Below are positions 35,380 through 45,225 of a DNA stretch of 64,000 bases, in pieces. The notes beneath the pieces were generated by a model. It ran no database searches. It worked only from the letters and a program-made list of their open reading frames with translations, and was not told the DNA's origin. Source of the stretch: an uncultured Pseudomonadota bacterium (GTDB taxonomy: Bacteria; Bacillota; Sulfobacillia; JAUYEF01). Position 1 is the first letter of the stretch. The number at the start of each line of letters is the position of its first letter. The stretch spans positions 24,675-88,674 of the forward strand of contig CAYQIY010000009.1 in NCBI GenBank assembly GCA_964417635.1, given 5' to 3'. The position numbers and the translations under genes are program-made.

Positions 35380-36714
35380 CTACTGCCAGCACACCTCGCC
35401 CACTACCCTGTCTTCTGCAGGCTTGATGCAGATCTTCACTCCGAACGGCTCTGATACCTCAGCCAAAGACTGCAAGATTGCCCTGCCGGTTTCGGCATCA
35501 GCAAGCTTGGGTTCACCCCTTAGAGTCCGCGGAGCGTCATGACCAAGCGTGACAGGATGCAGTTCCATGCTCTCCAGCATGCCAGATTCAAATCGGCACA
35601 CAGGCAGTACCGTTTCGTAAAAACGTTTGTCTTTGGGGAACGCCTTTGGCTTCCCCTCTTCGTTCTTTGTCCATGCATCCGCAATGTCTGCAGGAGTGGC
35701 ATCTTGCGGCAGCTTGTGCCTCTCGTACATCTCGGAAGGATAGCGTCTGATCCCTTCGTACGCAAAGATGAAATTGCCCAGTGAGTAGAATATGGGCTTG
35801 GATTTATACACTTCAATCGGCCGCAGCATATGCGGGCCGTGGCCGACAAACACGTCTGCGCCTGCGTCAATGATCTTGTGCGCAACGTCTGGGAAGAATT
35901 CTGCCATTTCGGGATTGTTTCCGTCGCCGTTTATGCCATGATGCGCGTGAAGACTCATCACCACAAAGTCCGCCTGTCTCTTGGCATCGGCCACCCACCT
36001 GCAGATTTCCTCAAGATCTCTTTCGTTGGGCGTCTGCTTGAACGCGGGCTTGTCGCCGGGAAGAAAGTCCATCCCCATGAACTTGAGCGCACCCTCTTTC
36101 CACTCAGGGAACAAATCAAACGCGCGTCTTCGTTCGCTAACAACTGCCGTGCCGAGTGCTTTGTCTATGTCCTCGAGCCACTGCATTCTTTGGCTGTCCA
36201 GTTCGCACTCTCTTTCGATGCGCAGCGGGTTTATGCCCGGCCGGCCAGGCATATCCGCCCTGGCGGCGGCAGCGTGCGCACCGGTAGTGTAGCTTGACGC
36301 AGCCCCGATGATAGCGATGCGTCCCACAGCTGTCTCAAGATAGCCCGGAGATCTGGCTTCACCGAGGTTCATTCCACCTCCGGCATACACCATATCACGT
36401 TGCTCAAGCGCTTCCATGGTGTCTACGAGACCGTGGAAGGTGTAATCTGCGGCGTGATTATTCGCCACGTTGAATATGTTAAACCCCATCCATTTCAGTT
36501 CATCCAGGATGAATTCTGGAGCCGCAAGATGCATACCGCCGTACTCCGATGAAGGAATCCAAGGCTCTCTGGGTGTCATGATCTCTAAGTTGGCATGCGC
36601 AACGTCTGCAGCGCGGATCTTGTCCACCAGATCACGGAAGCAAGAGTCAGTGCGGTGCGAGCTCTTGCGCGTAATGATGCAATCACCTACCGCGGTGAAC
36701 ACAAGGTTTGCCAT
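35380..36714 (-). CDS. CapA/PGA_cap-family metallophosphatase-like protein
   Basis: 'LVFTAVGDCIITR', 'ANNHAADY', 'MSLHAHHG'. GAGGAGGG RBS. Confidence 0.75.
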   Translation of the reverse strand: MANLVFTAVGDCIITRKSSHRTDSCFRDLVDKIRAADVAHANLEIMTPREPWIPSSEYGGMHLAAPEFILDELKWMGFNIFNVANNHAADYTFHGLVDTMEALEQRDMVYAGGGMNLGEARSPGYLETAVGRIAIIGAASSYTTGAHAAAARADMPGRPGINPLRIERECELDSQRMQWLEDIDKALGTAVVSERRRAFDLFPEWKEGALKFMGMDFLPGDKPAFKQTPNERDLEEICRWVADAKRQADFVVMSLHAHHGINGDGNNPEMAEFFPDVAHKIIDAGADVFVGHGPHMLRPIEVYKSKPIFYSLGNFIFAYEGIRRYPSEMYERHKLPQDATPADIADAWTKNEEGKPKAFPKDKRFYETVLPVCRFESGMLESMELHPVTLGHDAPRTLRGEPKLADAETGRAILQSLAEVSEPFGVKICIKPAEDRVVGEVCWQ

Positions 36715-36754
36715 TCTGCGCCCTCCTCATAACGTATATGGTTCAAAAGCTTGT

Positions 36755-38362
36755 CTACTCGTCTTGAGAGGTGATCGGTCTTCCCGGGGTATTGCCCAAG
36801 AACCTGGCTTCTGCTATTGCGCTGACACCGTTTACTATCGCCCAGTCTATGCCTTCCGCCAATTGCTTCGGCTGTTTGTATGTCGCCGTATCCGTAAACT
36901 TTTCTGGATCAAACACGATAACATCTGCCCACATACCCTCTCTTAGCAAACCTCGCTTCTTGAGCCCTACTGCCTGAGCAGGCATGGAAGTGAGTTTGCG
37001 AACGGCCTCCTCCAACGAGTACAACTTGTGCTCTCTATGAAACAGCCTGAAGGCTCTCGGGAACGTGCCGAAATCTCGCGGGTGTGGGTGCCCTTTTGAA
37101 AGTGGTCCTTCAACGTGAAGTGAACTTCCGTCGCTTCCTGCAGTAACCGCTGGATGGCGCGCGAAAGCAAGCATGTCGTCTTCGTTTAAGATGTGCGAGA
37201 CGAGGCTCGCGTTTCCTTTTCGGGCCATCTCTACAACCTGGTCAATCGGCGTCTTCTTCGTTATCTCGCACACCTCAGACAGAAGCAACCCCTCAAATTC
37301 GGGGTTTGGAGCGTACGCGCGAATCTGCAGTTTTTCGGGCCCTCCGAGCTTGGTTATTGTGTCAAGCATCTCCTTGATCAGCCTTTCGGAAGTGACAGGC
37401 TCATCCAATCGGCGGAGCATCTGCTCTCGTCCGCCTTCTTGCGCCCATCTAGGCATCAGAAGCCCGGTAATCCCGCCTCCGCAAGCTGTGTACGGATACT
37501 GGTCGGCAACCATGTTCACTCCTTCGTTCCGGGCTTGCTCAAGGTAGCCAATTATCTTCTCTGCGTGACCCCACACTTCTGGTCCGAGACACTTTATGTG
37601 GTTAGACAGAATGCGCGCTCCGGTTTTCCTGCCTGTTTCGAGCAGTTCTTCCCACGCGAACTCGTACCCGACATTGTCTCTGCCTTCGTCACGTATGTGG
37701 CTCGCGTACAATTTGTCTCTGTTCGCCACTACCTCGACTAGTTCAACGACTTCATCAGTCTTAGAGTAGCTGCCCGGCACATAAAAGAGGCCTGTCGAAA
37801 AACCCATCGCTCCCTGGTCAAGGTTTTCGGCCAGCAGCGCCTTCATTTTACTCATCTCTTCTTTGGTCGGCGGCCTGTCGGCGTAACCCATGACAGACGC
37901 CCGTAGTGTTCCATGCCCGACCAGCCCGCACGTGTTAGTCGTGCCGCCCCTGCGCCGGAGCGCGTCGATGTATCCTTCAAAACTCGTCCACGTGGCGCCT
38001 ATATCTTCCGGCCGCACTCCAAATCTCAGAAAATTCTCGGCAAACCTGTCCTTGGCTGCTCCGAGAATGGGGCCTCCAAGTCCTGTTCCACAGTTTCCCG
38101 AAACTTCTGTGGTCACTCCCTGTCTTATCTTCGACTGCGCGGTGGGATCCACAATGAACGAAATATCGCTGTGCGTGTGCGCATCGATGAAACCAGGCGC
38201 GACAACTTTGTGCTGCGCGTCGATGCAGATGTTCGCCTGGACGCCGTCGAGTTTTCCAACAGCCACTATCTTCCCATCCTTGATACCAACACTTCCCCAG
38301 AAGAACGGGTTGCCGCTTCCATCAACAATCCTGCCGTTTGTGATCAGGATGTCTAAAGTCAA
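36755..38362 (-). CDS. D-aminoacylase family amidohydrolase (copy 3)
   Basis: 'ILITNGRIVDGSGNPFF..APGFIDAHTHSD'. TTG start after GGAGGGGGAG. Confidence 0.85.
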   Translation of the reverse strand: MTLDILITNGRIVDGSGNPFFWGSVGIKDGKIVAVGKLDGVQANICIDAQHKVVAPGFIDAHTHSDISFIVDPTAQSKIRQGVTTEVSGNCGTGLGGPILGAAKDRFAENFLRFGVRPEDIGATWTSFEGYIDALRRRGGTTNTCGLVGHGTLRASVMGYADRPPTKEEMSKMKALLAENLDQGAMGFSTGLFYVPGSYSKTDEVVELVEVVANRDKLYASHIRDEGRDNVGYEFAWEELLETGRKTGARILSNHIKCLGPEVWGHAEKIIGYLEQARNEGVNMVADQYPYTACGGGITGLLMPRWAQEGGREQMLRRLDEPVTSERLIKEMLDTITKLGGPEKLQIRAYAPNPEFEGLLLSEVCEITKKTPIDQVVEMARKGNASLVSHILNEDDMLAFARHPAVTAGSDGSSLHVEGPLSKGHPHPRDFGTFPRAFRLFHREHKLYSLEEAVRKLTSMPAQAVGLKKRGLLREGMWADVIVFDPEKFTDTATYKQPKQLAEGIDWAIVNGVSAIAEARFLGNTPGRPITSQDE

Positions 38363-38445
38363 GAGTCTCCCCCTCCGCGTTTATGATGTCTACGACTTCC
38401 TTATACACCGTTCTTTATCCTGCGTAAGCCAATTTCGCTGCACAC

Positions 38446-38478
38446 AAAAGGCCGTACCGTGCACGGTACAGCCCTTTT
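38446..38478 (-). terminator. Intrinsic terminator downstream of purA
   Basis: AAAA-GGCCGTACCG-TGCA-CGGTACAGCC-CTTTT. On the minus strand the stem is followed by TTTTGTG. Confidence 0.7.
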
Positions 38479-38489
38479 GACTGTCTTGC

Positions 38490-39767
38490 TTATCTCCGTA
38501 TTATCGCATCTCGCGACGAACCCACGGAGATCCATCGGATGGGTACGCCCACCAGCTGCTCAACCGTTTCCACATATCTCTGCGCCGCTTTGGGCAGATC
38601 CGAGAACTCTCTCACTCTAGAGATATCTTGCTTCCATCCTGGTAACACTTCCAGCACGGGCTGAGCCGTATCCAGAAGCGACGGCACCGGGAACTGTTGC
38701 GTTACATTTCGGTCAATGCGGTAGTGGGTGCATACGGGTATTTCGTCGAGATATCCCAGCACATCGAGCAATGTTAGCGCCACTTCAGTCGCTCCTTGCA
38801 CCATGCATCCGTAGCGCGTGGCAACTGCGTCGAACCAGCCCACACGCCTTGGTCTACCTGTGGTGGCCCCGTATTCGCCTGAGTCACCGCCTCGACTCCT
38901 CAGCTCATGTGCCTCGCTTCCTTGTAGCTCTGTCACAAACGGCCCTGCACCTACACAACTCGAATACGCCTTCACGACAGCTATTACCGTATCTATCTTG
39001 TGTGGCGGAACTCCCGCGCCTACTGACGCGAAACCCGCAAGAGGAGACGAAGAAGTGGGATACGGGTATATTCCATGGTCGGGGTCGCGCAATGCGCCCA
39101 GTTGCCCTTCGAGCAATACCTGCTTGGCTTGACTTAACGCGTTATGAAGCAATACCGTAGTGTCGCACACGAAGGGGCGCAGCCTTTCACCGAGGTTGCT
39201 AAGTTCTTGCATCAACGATTCTGGCTCCACCGTGGGCATACGGTACAGATGCCGAAACAACACGTTCTTGGACTCAAGCGCCCGGCACAATCTGTCGTAG
39301 AGCCTGGCTTCGTCGAACAGGTCCGAGACCTGCACACCAAGTTTGAGGTATTTGTCACCGTAGAACGGTGCTATCCCAGTCTTGGTAGAGCCGAACTGTC
39401 GCGCCCCAAGCCTCTCTTCTTCGTACACGTCCATCAGCAAATGATACGGCATGACTACCTGCGCGCGACTCGACACCCGCACGTCCGGTGCAGGTACACC
39501 GCTGCCAACGAGCTGCTCGTACTCATCAAGTAGTGCCCTTATGTTAACTGCAACGCCGGGCCCAAGCACGTTGATAACGCTTGGGTAGAACACGCCGGAA
39601 GGCAGTAAATGCAGCGCAAACTTGCCGTAGGAGTTGATTATCGTGTGGCCAGCGTTATTTCCACCTTGGAACCTGACGACAAAATCTGCATGCTGGACAA
39701 GCATGTCTGTCATCTTGCCCTTACCCTCATCTCCCCAGTTTGCACCGACTATGGCTGTAACTCCCAT
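38490..39767 (-). CDS. purA: Adenylosuccinate synthase
   Basis: 'GANWGDEGKGK', 'GGNNAGHT' and 'TTGRPRRVGWFD' signature blocks. Confidence 0.95.
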   Translation of the reverse strand: MGVTAIVGANWGDEGKGKMTDMLVQHADFVVRFQGGNNAGHTIINSYGKFALHLLPSGVFYPSVINVLGPGVAVNIRALLDEYEQLVGSGVPAPDVRVSSRAQVVMPYHLLMDVYEEERLGARQFGSTKTGIAPFYGDKYLKLGVQVSDLFDEARLYDRLCRALESKNVLFRHLYRMPTVEPESLMQELSNLGERLRPFVCDTTVLLHNALSQAKQVLLEGQLGALRDPDHGIYPYPTSSSPLAGFASVGAGVPPHKIDTVIAVVKAYSSCVGAGPFVTELQGSEAHELRSRGGDSGEYGATTGRPRRVGWFDAVATRYGCMVQGATEVALTLLDVLGYLDEIPVCTHYRIDRNVTQQFPVPSLLDTAQPVLEVLPGWKQDISRVREFSDLPKAAQRYVETVEQLVGVPIRWISVGSSRDAIIRR

Positions 39768-39857
39768 ATTTCATACCTCCCGCGCTCCACTCTACACCAA
39801 TCCATGATATAATTCTAATGAATACTTATAATCTTATCCATAAGTGAGGCTAATATC

Positions 39858-40775
39858 ATGCGCCTGTCGTCTCGCCACTCACTCTTATCTAGTTTTCTCA
39901 AAGTCGCTGAAGAGCGAAACATCAGCCGCGCAGCGGATGCACTGTTTCTCAGTCAGCCTGCTGTAACACAGCAGATGAGAACGCTTGAACGCGAACTGGG
40001 CACGGTGCTTTTCGAACGCACCGGAAAAGGAGTGTGCCTAACAGGCTCAGGCCATTTACTCCTCGAGTACGCACGTAAGAGCATATCCTTGCTCGATGAA
40101 GCGCAAAGAGCAATAGAGGAATACGAAAAGGGTATTTCCGGCCGACTTGTGATAGGTGCGGGCACCACCACTAGCATCTTTAGCCTTCCGCCCCTGCTGA
40201 GTCGGTTTCGCAGTTCGCACCCCGGAATAGATATCGTGGTTCGGACAGGCGGAAGCAGGCAGGTAGCTCAGATGGTACTCGAACGCGAAGTTGAGATTGG
40301 CTTGGTCACCTCGCGCGTACCACACCCTGACTTGCTAGAAACACAACTGTTCGAAGAACGGATACTGCTCGTTGCGCCGAGAGACCATCCGCTATCCTAC
40401 GTAACTGTGGATAAGCGCGACCTGTCAGAGTACGCGCTCATTGTGTTCCCTCAAGGCACGGGCTTTCGTGCATACCTAGACAGCGTGTTGAGAGAAGAGG
40501 GTATAAGCATGAGGGTCAAAATGGAAACCGACAGCGTTGAGGCAATCAAAAGTTTTGTCGCGGTCGGACTCGGAGTATCGTTTTTGCCGCAATCAGCAGT
40601 TGAGCACGAGATTCGCGACGGAGTGTTGGAAGAAGTAGTAGTCAAAGGGTTACCTGTGCTGCGTAGGCTCACCTCGGCAATACACCGTCGGGGCGCTGTA
40701 CTAAGCCGAACGGCCATCTCCTTTATGGAGTGCCTGCCGCGCCTCGCAAGAGGCGAAGCGGATTCTCAGGTCTAA
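39858..40775 (+). CDS. LysR-family transcriptional regulator
   Basis: 'NISRAADALFLSQPAVTQQMRTLEREL' HTH followed by a LysR substrate-binding domain. Confidence 0.9.
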   Translation: MRLSSRHSLLSSFLKVAEERNISRAADALFLSQPAVTQQMRTLERELGTVLFERTGKGVCLTGSGHLLLEYARKSISLLDEAQRAIEEYEKGISGRLVIGAGTTTSIFSLPPLLSRFRSSHPGIDIVVRTGGSRQVAQMVLEREVEIGLVTSRVPHPDLLETQLFEERILLVAPRDHPLSYVTVDKRDLSEYALIVFPQGTGFRAYLDSVLREEGISMRVKMETDSVEAIKSFVAVGLGVSFLPQSAVEHEIRDGVLEEVVVKGLPVLRRLTSAIHRRGAVLSRTAISFMECLPRLARGEADSQV

Positions 40776-41848
40776 CGACCGTACAAGTACGCTTCTACTT
40801 CGGCCGTTCTTTCAAATCGGTGCTGCTTGAGCAGATCATATAACTGCCTTACGTCTTCATAGTAGCGCGACTGCTTATTTATCTCGAGGAAAGTCTCGTA
40901 ACTGGTCTTAAGGTCGGGATCAAGCGTGTTGGTGCCGAACGGAAACAGCGGGCTATTGTCCATGCCGCGTAGATAAGCCCCCATGAGTCGGTTTAACCAA
41001 GTCTCCACTTCAGCGGCCTCAGGTAGTTCGGCGTTCTGAGCAAGCCATTGTTCAGCCGCCATGGCTCTCGCTCGCACTTCGTCCCACGGTATCATCAGCG
41101 CTGCATCCATCGCCCACGGCCTGTTGATGGCCTGAGAAAGCATCTGTGCGTACTCCTGGAGCGGCTCTGAGAGCGCATCCGAGAACCTTATGAGCGTATC
41201 AGGGTTTGGTGCCACATATATCATGCCCTCAGAAGAGCCAGGTGCAAAACCGGCTGCCAAGAGCGTTTCGAGTAGTTGACGCGCTTGCTGGTCAGAAATC
41301 AGTTCAGGCACTCTCACAATGTCAGCACCCTCTGCGACGATGATGCCACCCAAAGCGCTAGAGTTGACCGCGTGTTCTACCGCGGGTAGAAGATCAAGTA
41401 TCTTATCCTGCCACTTGCGAAACACGGTATCAGCTTCTCGCGTAGGAAGAAGAGGTAACAGCAGTTCTAGTTCTTCGGTCAAGTATAACGCTGTCTCAAT
41501 GTCGCCCGCAGAAGCGAGCAGCTGCTCAAGACGTTCGATCACCGGTGCAACCAGCTGCTTTCCATCTTGCACGAAATACTCGGCAGGCAGCCAGCCTTCC
41601 TCATTGTCCGTGATGACCTTTACCCATTCTGTGGTGACTCCGTCATGTGCCACGCGCACTTCCTGTCCCGCTTTGACCGAAAACACAGCGGCCGAATCGG
41701 TTTCAGGCTTCTCTCTCGCAGGTCCGGACGCGATATATGTTCCTGTTAGCATTGGTTGGGGCTGCTCAACCGGCTCAGGCTGCGGTGAACAACCAAACAG
41801 ACCGGCGATCAGCATGCATATGACTGAGTATATGGCAAGTTTCTTCAC
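40772..41848 (-). CDS. Lipoprotein with SH3b-like N-terminal domain, otherwise hypothetical
   Basis: GTG 41848 after GGGGTG gives '(M)KKLAIYSVICMLIAGLFGC' (lipobox). 'GQEVRVAHDGVTTEWVKVITDNEEGWLPAEYF' is SH3-like. Confidence 0.6.
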   Translation of the reverse strand: MKKLAIYSVICMLIAGLFGCSPQPEPVEQPQPMLTGTYIASGPAREKPETDSAAVFSVKAGQEVRVAHDGVTTEWVKVITDNEEGWLPAEYFVQDGKQLVAPVIERLEQLLASAGDIETALYLTEELELLLPLLPTREADTVFRKWQDKILDLLPAVEHAVNSSALGGIIVAEGADIVRVPELISDQQARQLLETLLAAGFAPGSSEGMIYVAPNPDTLIRFSDALSEPLQEYAQMLSQAINRPWAMDAALMIPWDEVRARAMAAEQWLAQNAELPEAAEVETWLNRLMGAYLRGMDNSPLFPFGTNTLDPDLKTSYETFLEINKQSRYYEDVRQLYDLLKQHRFERTAEVEAYLYGR

Positions 41849-41924
41849 TGTCTTCACCCCAAGAAATAGACGCAGGTTGTACAGCATAGTTCCAAGCACC
41901 TACTTGGTATATTGAACCTCAAGC

Positions 41925-41959
41925 AAAAGGGGCGTCGTGGTAGTACCTCACGACGCCCC
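41925..41959 (-). terminator. Intrinsic terminator
   Basis: GGGGCGTCGTG-9 nt-CACGACGCCCC. On the minus strand the stem is followed by TTTTGCTTG. Confidence 0.75.
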
Positions 41960-41972
41960 GCACGAGCACTGT

Positions 41973-43322
41973 CTAGTGAGCGTGTATCCACTGCGCTATG
42001 TGCTCTATGACCTCTTCGTCCACGTGCCCGGCTTGGTCGTATTCTTGCGGCGTTATCCGTCCTGAACCCGCTATGAACAGGTGGTTAAGGCTGGGATAGG
42101 AGCGGAAAGCAACGTCGTCGGCACCTGCTAGCGCTCTCTTCCAGTTGTCAAAGTCTTCCATGGTTACCTGGTAGTCCCTCTCCCCCTGCAAGATGAGAAT
42201 AGGTCGCTCAAGCAGCTTGGCTTCTGACGCAGGTTCATACCCTTTTAGGTCGAGCCAGTACTCAATGGGTGCACCGAGTACGATGCGCGTAGCACCCGGC
42301 TCAAGCTGCTTAATCTCTTCAACTTGGCGCGCGATATCGTCCAACTGCTGCCGCTCTTCTTCGGACACACTTCCATCTAGATTCACAATATACGTTACCT
42401 GCTCTAGAATCAGGTCCTCCAAAGGTCTTGTTGCGCCTGCCATCACCACGAACCCGGCAATACGGGTATCTTCCAGTCCTATCCTGGGAACCAACATGCC
42501 GCCGAGGCTGTGCCCGAGAACAAACACACGCTCAGCATCTATTTCGGGTCTATTCCGCAGCAGTTCCACTGCCGAGACTGCATCCTCAACAACCTCTTCG
42601 TACACGGTGAAACTCTTCCCCGCCATTTCGTTTGCATATACATTGGTACGCTTGTCATAGCGAAGCACTGCAACGCCTCGACCGGCAAGCCCCCACGCTA
42701 GGTCTCTGAACGGCTTGTTCGGCCCAACTGTCTCGTCTCTATCGTTAGGGCCCGAGCCGTGAACAAGCACCACCGCAGGAAACGGTGCATCACCCACGGG
42801 GATTGTGAGAGTTCCTGGTAGAACCCAGTCCCCGCTGCGCACGCTCACCTCTGTCTCCGCGTACGCTTCCGGGCTGGCGTAAGGAGGCGGCAGATACTCA
42901 TACGCCTGGGTAGCAGGCATGAAGAACAGCCCTGCAATCCTTCGAGAATCGTCGAACACCACTCTTACGTCAAGCGACTCTCTTTCGAATCGACACGTTA
43001 CGTGAACCACGTCGTGCCCAGAGATCATACCTTCGCGCACGTGCGTGTGCTCTATGAACACACCAACTTGGCCTGTCACCTGCTGCCACACCTGCTTGAG
43101 TTTTGGCTCTGGCAGCTCGGTCTTCATCTTTTCGTTGAATCGTGACACCGCCTGAGCAAACTCTTCTTTGGCCAACTGCTCGACCAGCCCGACCGCGATC
43201 TCGGCTCGCTCTGCGGTAATCTCTGGTTCTGGTTCTACCGGCTGTTCTTTTCTTGCGCACGACGAAGCCACAACGCCAAACACGAGGGCGGCGACAACCA
43301 ATAAGACAAACCGGCTCTTCAT
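41973..43322 (-). CDS. Secreted/lipoprotein alpha/beta hydrolase (S9/DLH-like) with N-terminal DUF3887-like domain
   Basis: 'MKSRFVLLVVAALVFGVVASSC', nucleophile elbow 'GHSLGG', 'VVLVHGSGPNDRDE'. Confidence 0.75.
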   Translation of the reverse strand: MKSRFVLLVVAALVFGVVASSCARKEQPVEPEPEITAERAEIAVGLVEQLAKEEFAQAVSRFNEKMKTELPEPKLKQVWQQVTGQVGVFIEHTHVREGMISGHDVVHVTCRFERESLDVRVVFDDSRRIAGLFFMPATQAYEYLPPPYASPEAYAETEVSVRSGDWVLPGTLTIPVGDAPFPAVVLVHGSGPNDRDETVGPNKPFRDLAWGLAGRGVAVLRYDKRTNVYANEMAGKSFTVYEEVVEDAVSAVELLRNRPEIDAERVFVLGHSLGGMLVPRIGLEDTRIAGFVVMAGATRPLEDLILEQVTYIVNLDGSVSEEERQQLDDIARQVEEIKQLEPGATRIVLGAPIEYWLDLKGYEPASEAKLLERPILILQGERDYQVTMEDFDNWKRALAGADDVAFRSYPSLNHLFIAGSGRITPQEYDQAGHVDEEVIEHIAQWIHAH

Positions 43323-43391
43323 CTGCAAAACCTCTCAAGTCCTTTGATACCTCATATTACGCTTCCCTGTCCGATGAGTTTCAGTTCTTCT

Positions 43392-44465
43392 CTAGAACAC
43401 ATACTGGATTACAGGAAGCGCTATCGCGCGCTCCACAGGCTCAAACAGTGCGCTGTCGCGCATGCCTGCGCCCAAGATCAGATTCTCTCGATTGACAACG
43501 ATTATCTCCAGTTCTGCGCCTCGCTCCATCTCTGCGGTGATGACCGGCATGCCGTCGGGACGCAGAGTCATTATGAGATCTGGAAAGGTGCCCACACGTC
43601 CTTGGGGGCCATCGAGTGTCATGTATTCGTTCCAGAACGTCAAGCTATAATGGCCTCCGTCAGCACACTCAACAATCGCCTTCCCGACGTCGAAACCTTC
43701 TTGGGTGACGAGTTCAAATTCCGCGCACCTTCCACGAACAAGCGACGAGGCGTTGAGGAAACGCGCAGCAGCATCCACCCTTGCTTCATCTGGCTTGTCC
43801 AGCATCAACCGTCCCAATTCAAGTGCCTGTGTAACCGCTCCAATGGCGGCGTGTCTTGACACGTACTCGGCGCTAACAGGGTTTCTCGCAACAGCCACGA
43901 GCCCGCCAGCTTGAACCGCAGCCTGCCTCACCATCGCCGCACTAGAGAAGAGTGACCCTCGCGCAACGATCTCAACCCTCCGGCTGCGCAGTTTGTCGCC
44001 GCCAGCGGCGCACTGCACGCTCTCGTAGTCCGCAAGTTTGTGCAAACCTATCGAGCCCATGACACCTGTTGGATGTGCCCTGCCGTTGCACGGCGCATCC
44101 AGGACCGGAATACCTAGCGCAGCCGACTGAAGCCAGCCGTTTACCGTAGCGGCCGCGCCGTTTTCATTCGTGATAATCGCACCTGGTTTGCAGCCGAGCG
44201 TTTCTATCATCATTTGCATGCTCCGCAAGTAGTCGGCCGGTTCTAGATAGCGGTCTTCTCCTGCCGGAGCCCCAACAGAGGATACCGTAACAACCAAGGC
44301 GCTGGGCGCTATTTCGTCGATGCGTTTGAGTTCGGGTCTACCCATAGCCACAGCGACTTCACCCGCTCTCAGCCCATCCGAAAGCCAGCCTCCGCCCCCG
44401 CCTCCGAGCACGGCTCCTCCAAGACACGCCGCTTTCACATCGTCTCTTGTCAGCACTAGGCCCAC
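43392..44465 (-). CDS. DUF917-family protein (hydantoinase-associated / S-methyl-thiohydantoin-desulfurase-like)
   Basis: 'GGAVLGGGGGG' and 'NENGAAATVNGWLQSAALGIPVLDAPCNGRAHP' resemble DUF917 blocks. The GTG start abuts the racemase stop. Confidence 0.5.
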   Translation of the reverse strand: MGLVLTRDDVKAACLGGAVLGGGGGGWLSDGLRAGEVAVAMGRPELKRIDEIAPSALVVTVSSVGAPAGEDRYLEPADYLRSMQMMIETLGCKPGAIITNENGAAATVNGWLQSAALGIPVLDAPCNGRAHPTGVMGSIGLHKLADYESVQCAAGGDKLRSRRVEIVARGSLFSSAAMVRQAAVQAGGLVAVARNPVSAEYVSRHAAIGAVTQALELGRLMLDKPDEARVDAAARFLNASSLVRGRCAEFELVTQEGFDVGKAIVECADGGHYSLTFWNEYMTLDGPQGRVGTFPDLIMTLRPDGMPVITAEMERGAELEIIVVNRENLILGAGMRDSALFEPVERAIALPVIQYVF

Positions 44466-45128
44466 CTATTTCACCCTTTCTTGAAGTATTGCCGTTAGCG
44501 CAACGCCCCCGGCAGCCATAAGTGGATCGATGACCGGAATCTTCAGTTCTTCTCGGAGCCTTACTGCGACTCCGGTTGTGGACATCCCGGTACATCCAAG
44601 ACAGATCGCTTCGGCGCCCATGTCAACAAGCGACCTTGCGCTCTTGATACACTCTCGCAGACAGTCTTCGCCAAACAGATCGCGAGTGGTGCGTACACCT
44701 ACCGGCACGGCGTATCCCACCATTCGTCTCCCCAATATGTCTCTCATCACGGTGGGTGCACCAAAGCCTATCCCAAGCACTCCGATTCTTGCTGCGCATG
44801 CTAGCGCAACTGCAGAGACAGCGCTTCCAGCGCCGATCACGGGTATATCGACAAGCGCTCGGGCGTCTTCTACCCCTGGGTCAGCACAGCAGCTCACAAT
44901 GACTGCCGCCGCGCCCTTACGTGCGAGCTCTGCTGCAACGCTCACCACCTTGGGCGTAGCACTGGTCTCGGTGGCCTTGTCGAACACTCCTTCAGGCTGG
45001 TCAGGAATGCACGCACTGACAGTGTCAATGCACGGGAATACCCGTCTCAGCATCACCGCATGCGCCTCAAGCAGACCTGCTGTCTCAGTCGTGATAACCC
45101 TGACAATCCCTATCCGCAATCTCTCCAT
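44466..45128 (-). CDS. Asp/Glu/hydantoin racemase-family protein (AroM/HyuE-like)
   Basis: Two catalytic-Cys blocks, 'VSCCADPGV' and 'LGCTGMS'. GAGGTGAAGG RBS. Confidence 0.7.
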   Translation of the reverse strand: MERLRIGIVRVITTETAGLLEAHAVMLRRVFPCIDTVSACIPDQPEGVFDKATETSATPKVVSVAAELARKGAAAVIVSCCADPGVEDARALVDIPVIGAGSAVSAVALACAARIGVLGIGFGAPTVMRDILGRRMVGYAVPVGVRTTRDLFGEDCLRECIKSARSLVDMGAEAICLGCTGMSTTGVAVRLREELKIPVIDPLMAAGGVALTAILQERVK

Positions 45129-45225
45129 TTTGCCTTCACCTCACTCTTGGAGGTAGATTTGACCACGGCCGAGAAGAATGCCTCCGTGCCTTAGAAAAAA
45201 ACTACGCTATCCGGAGGCGACCTAC

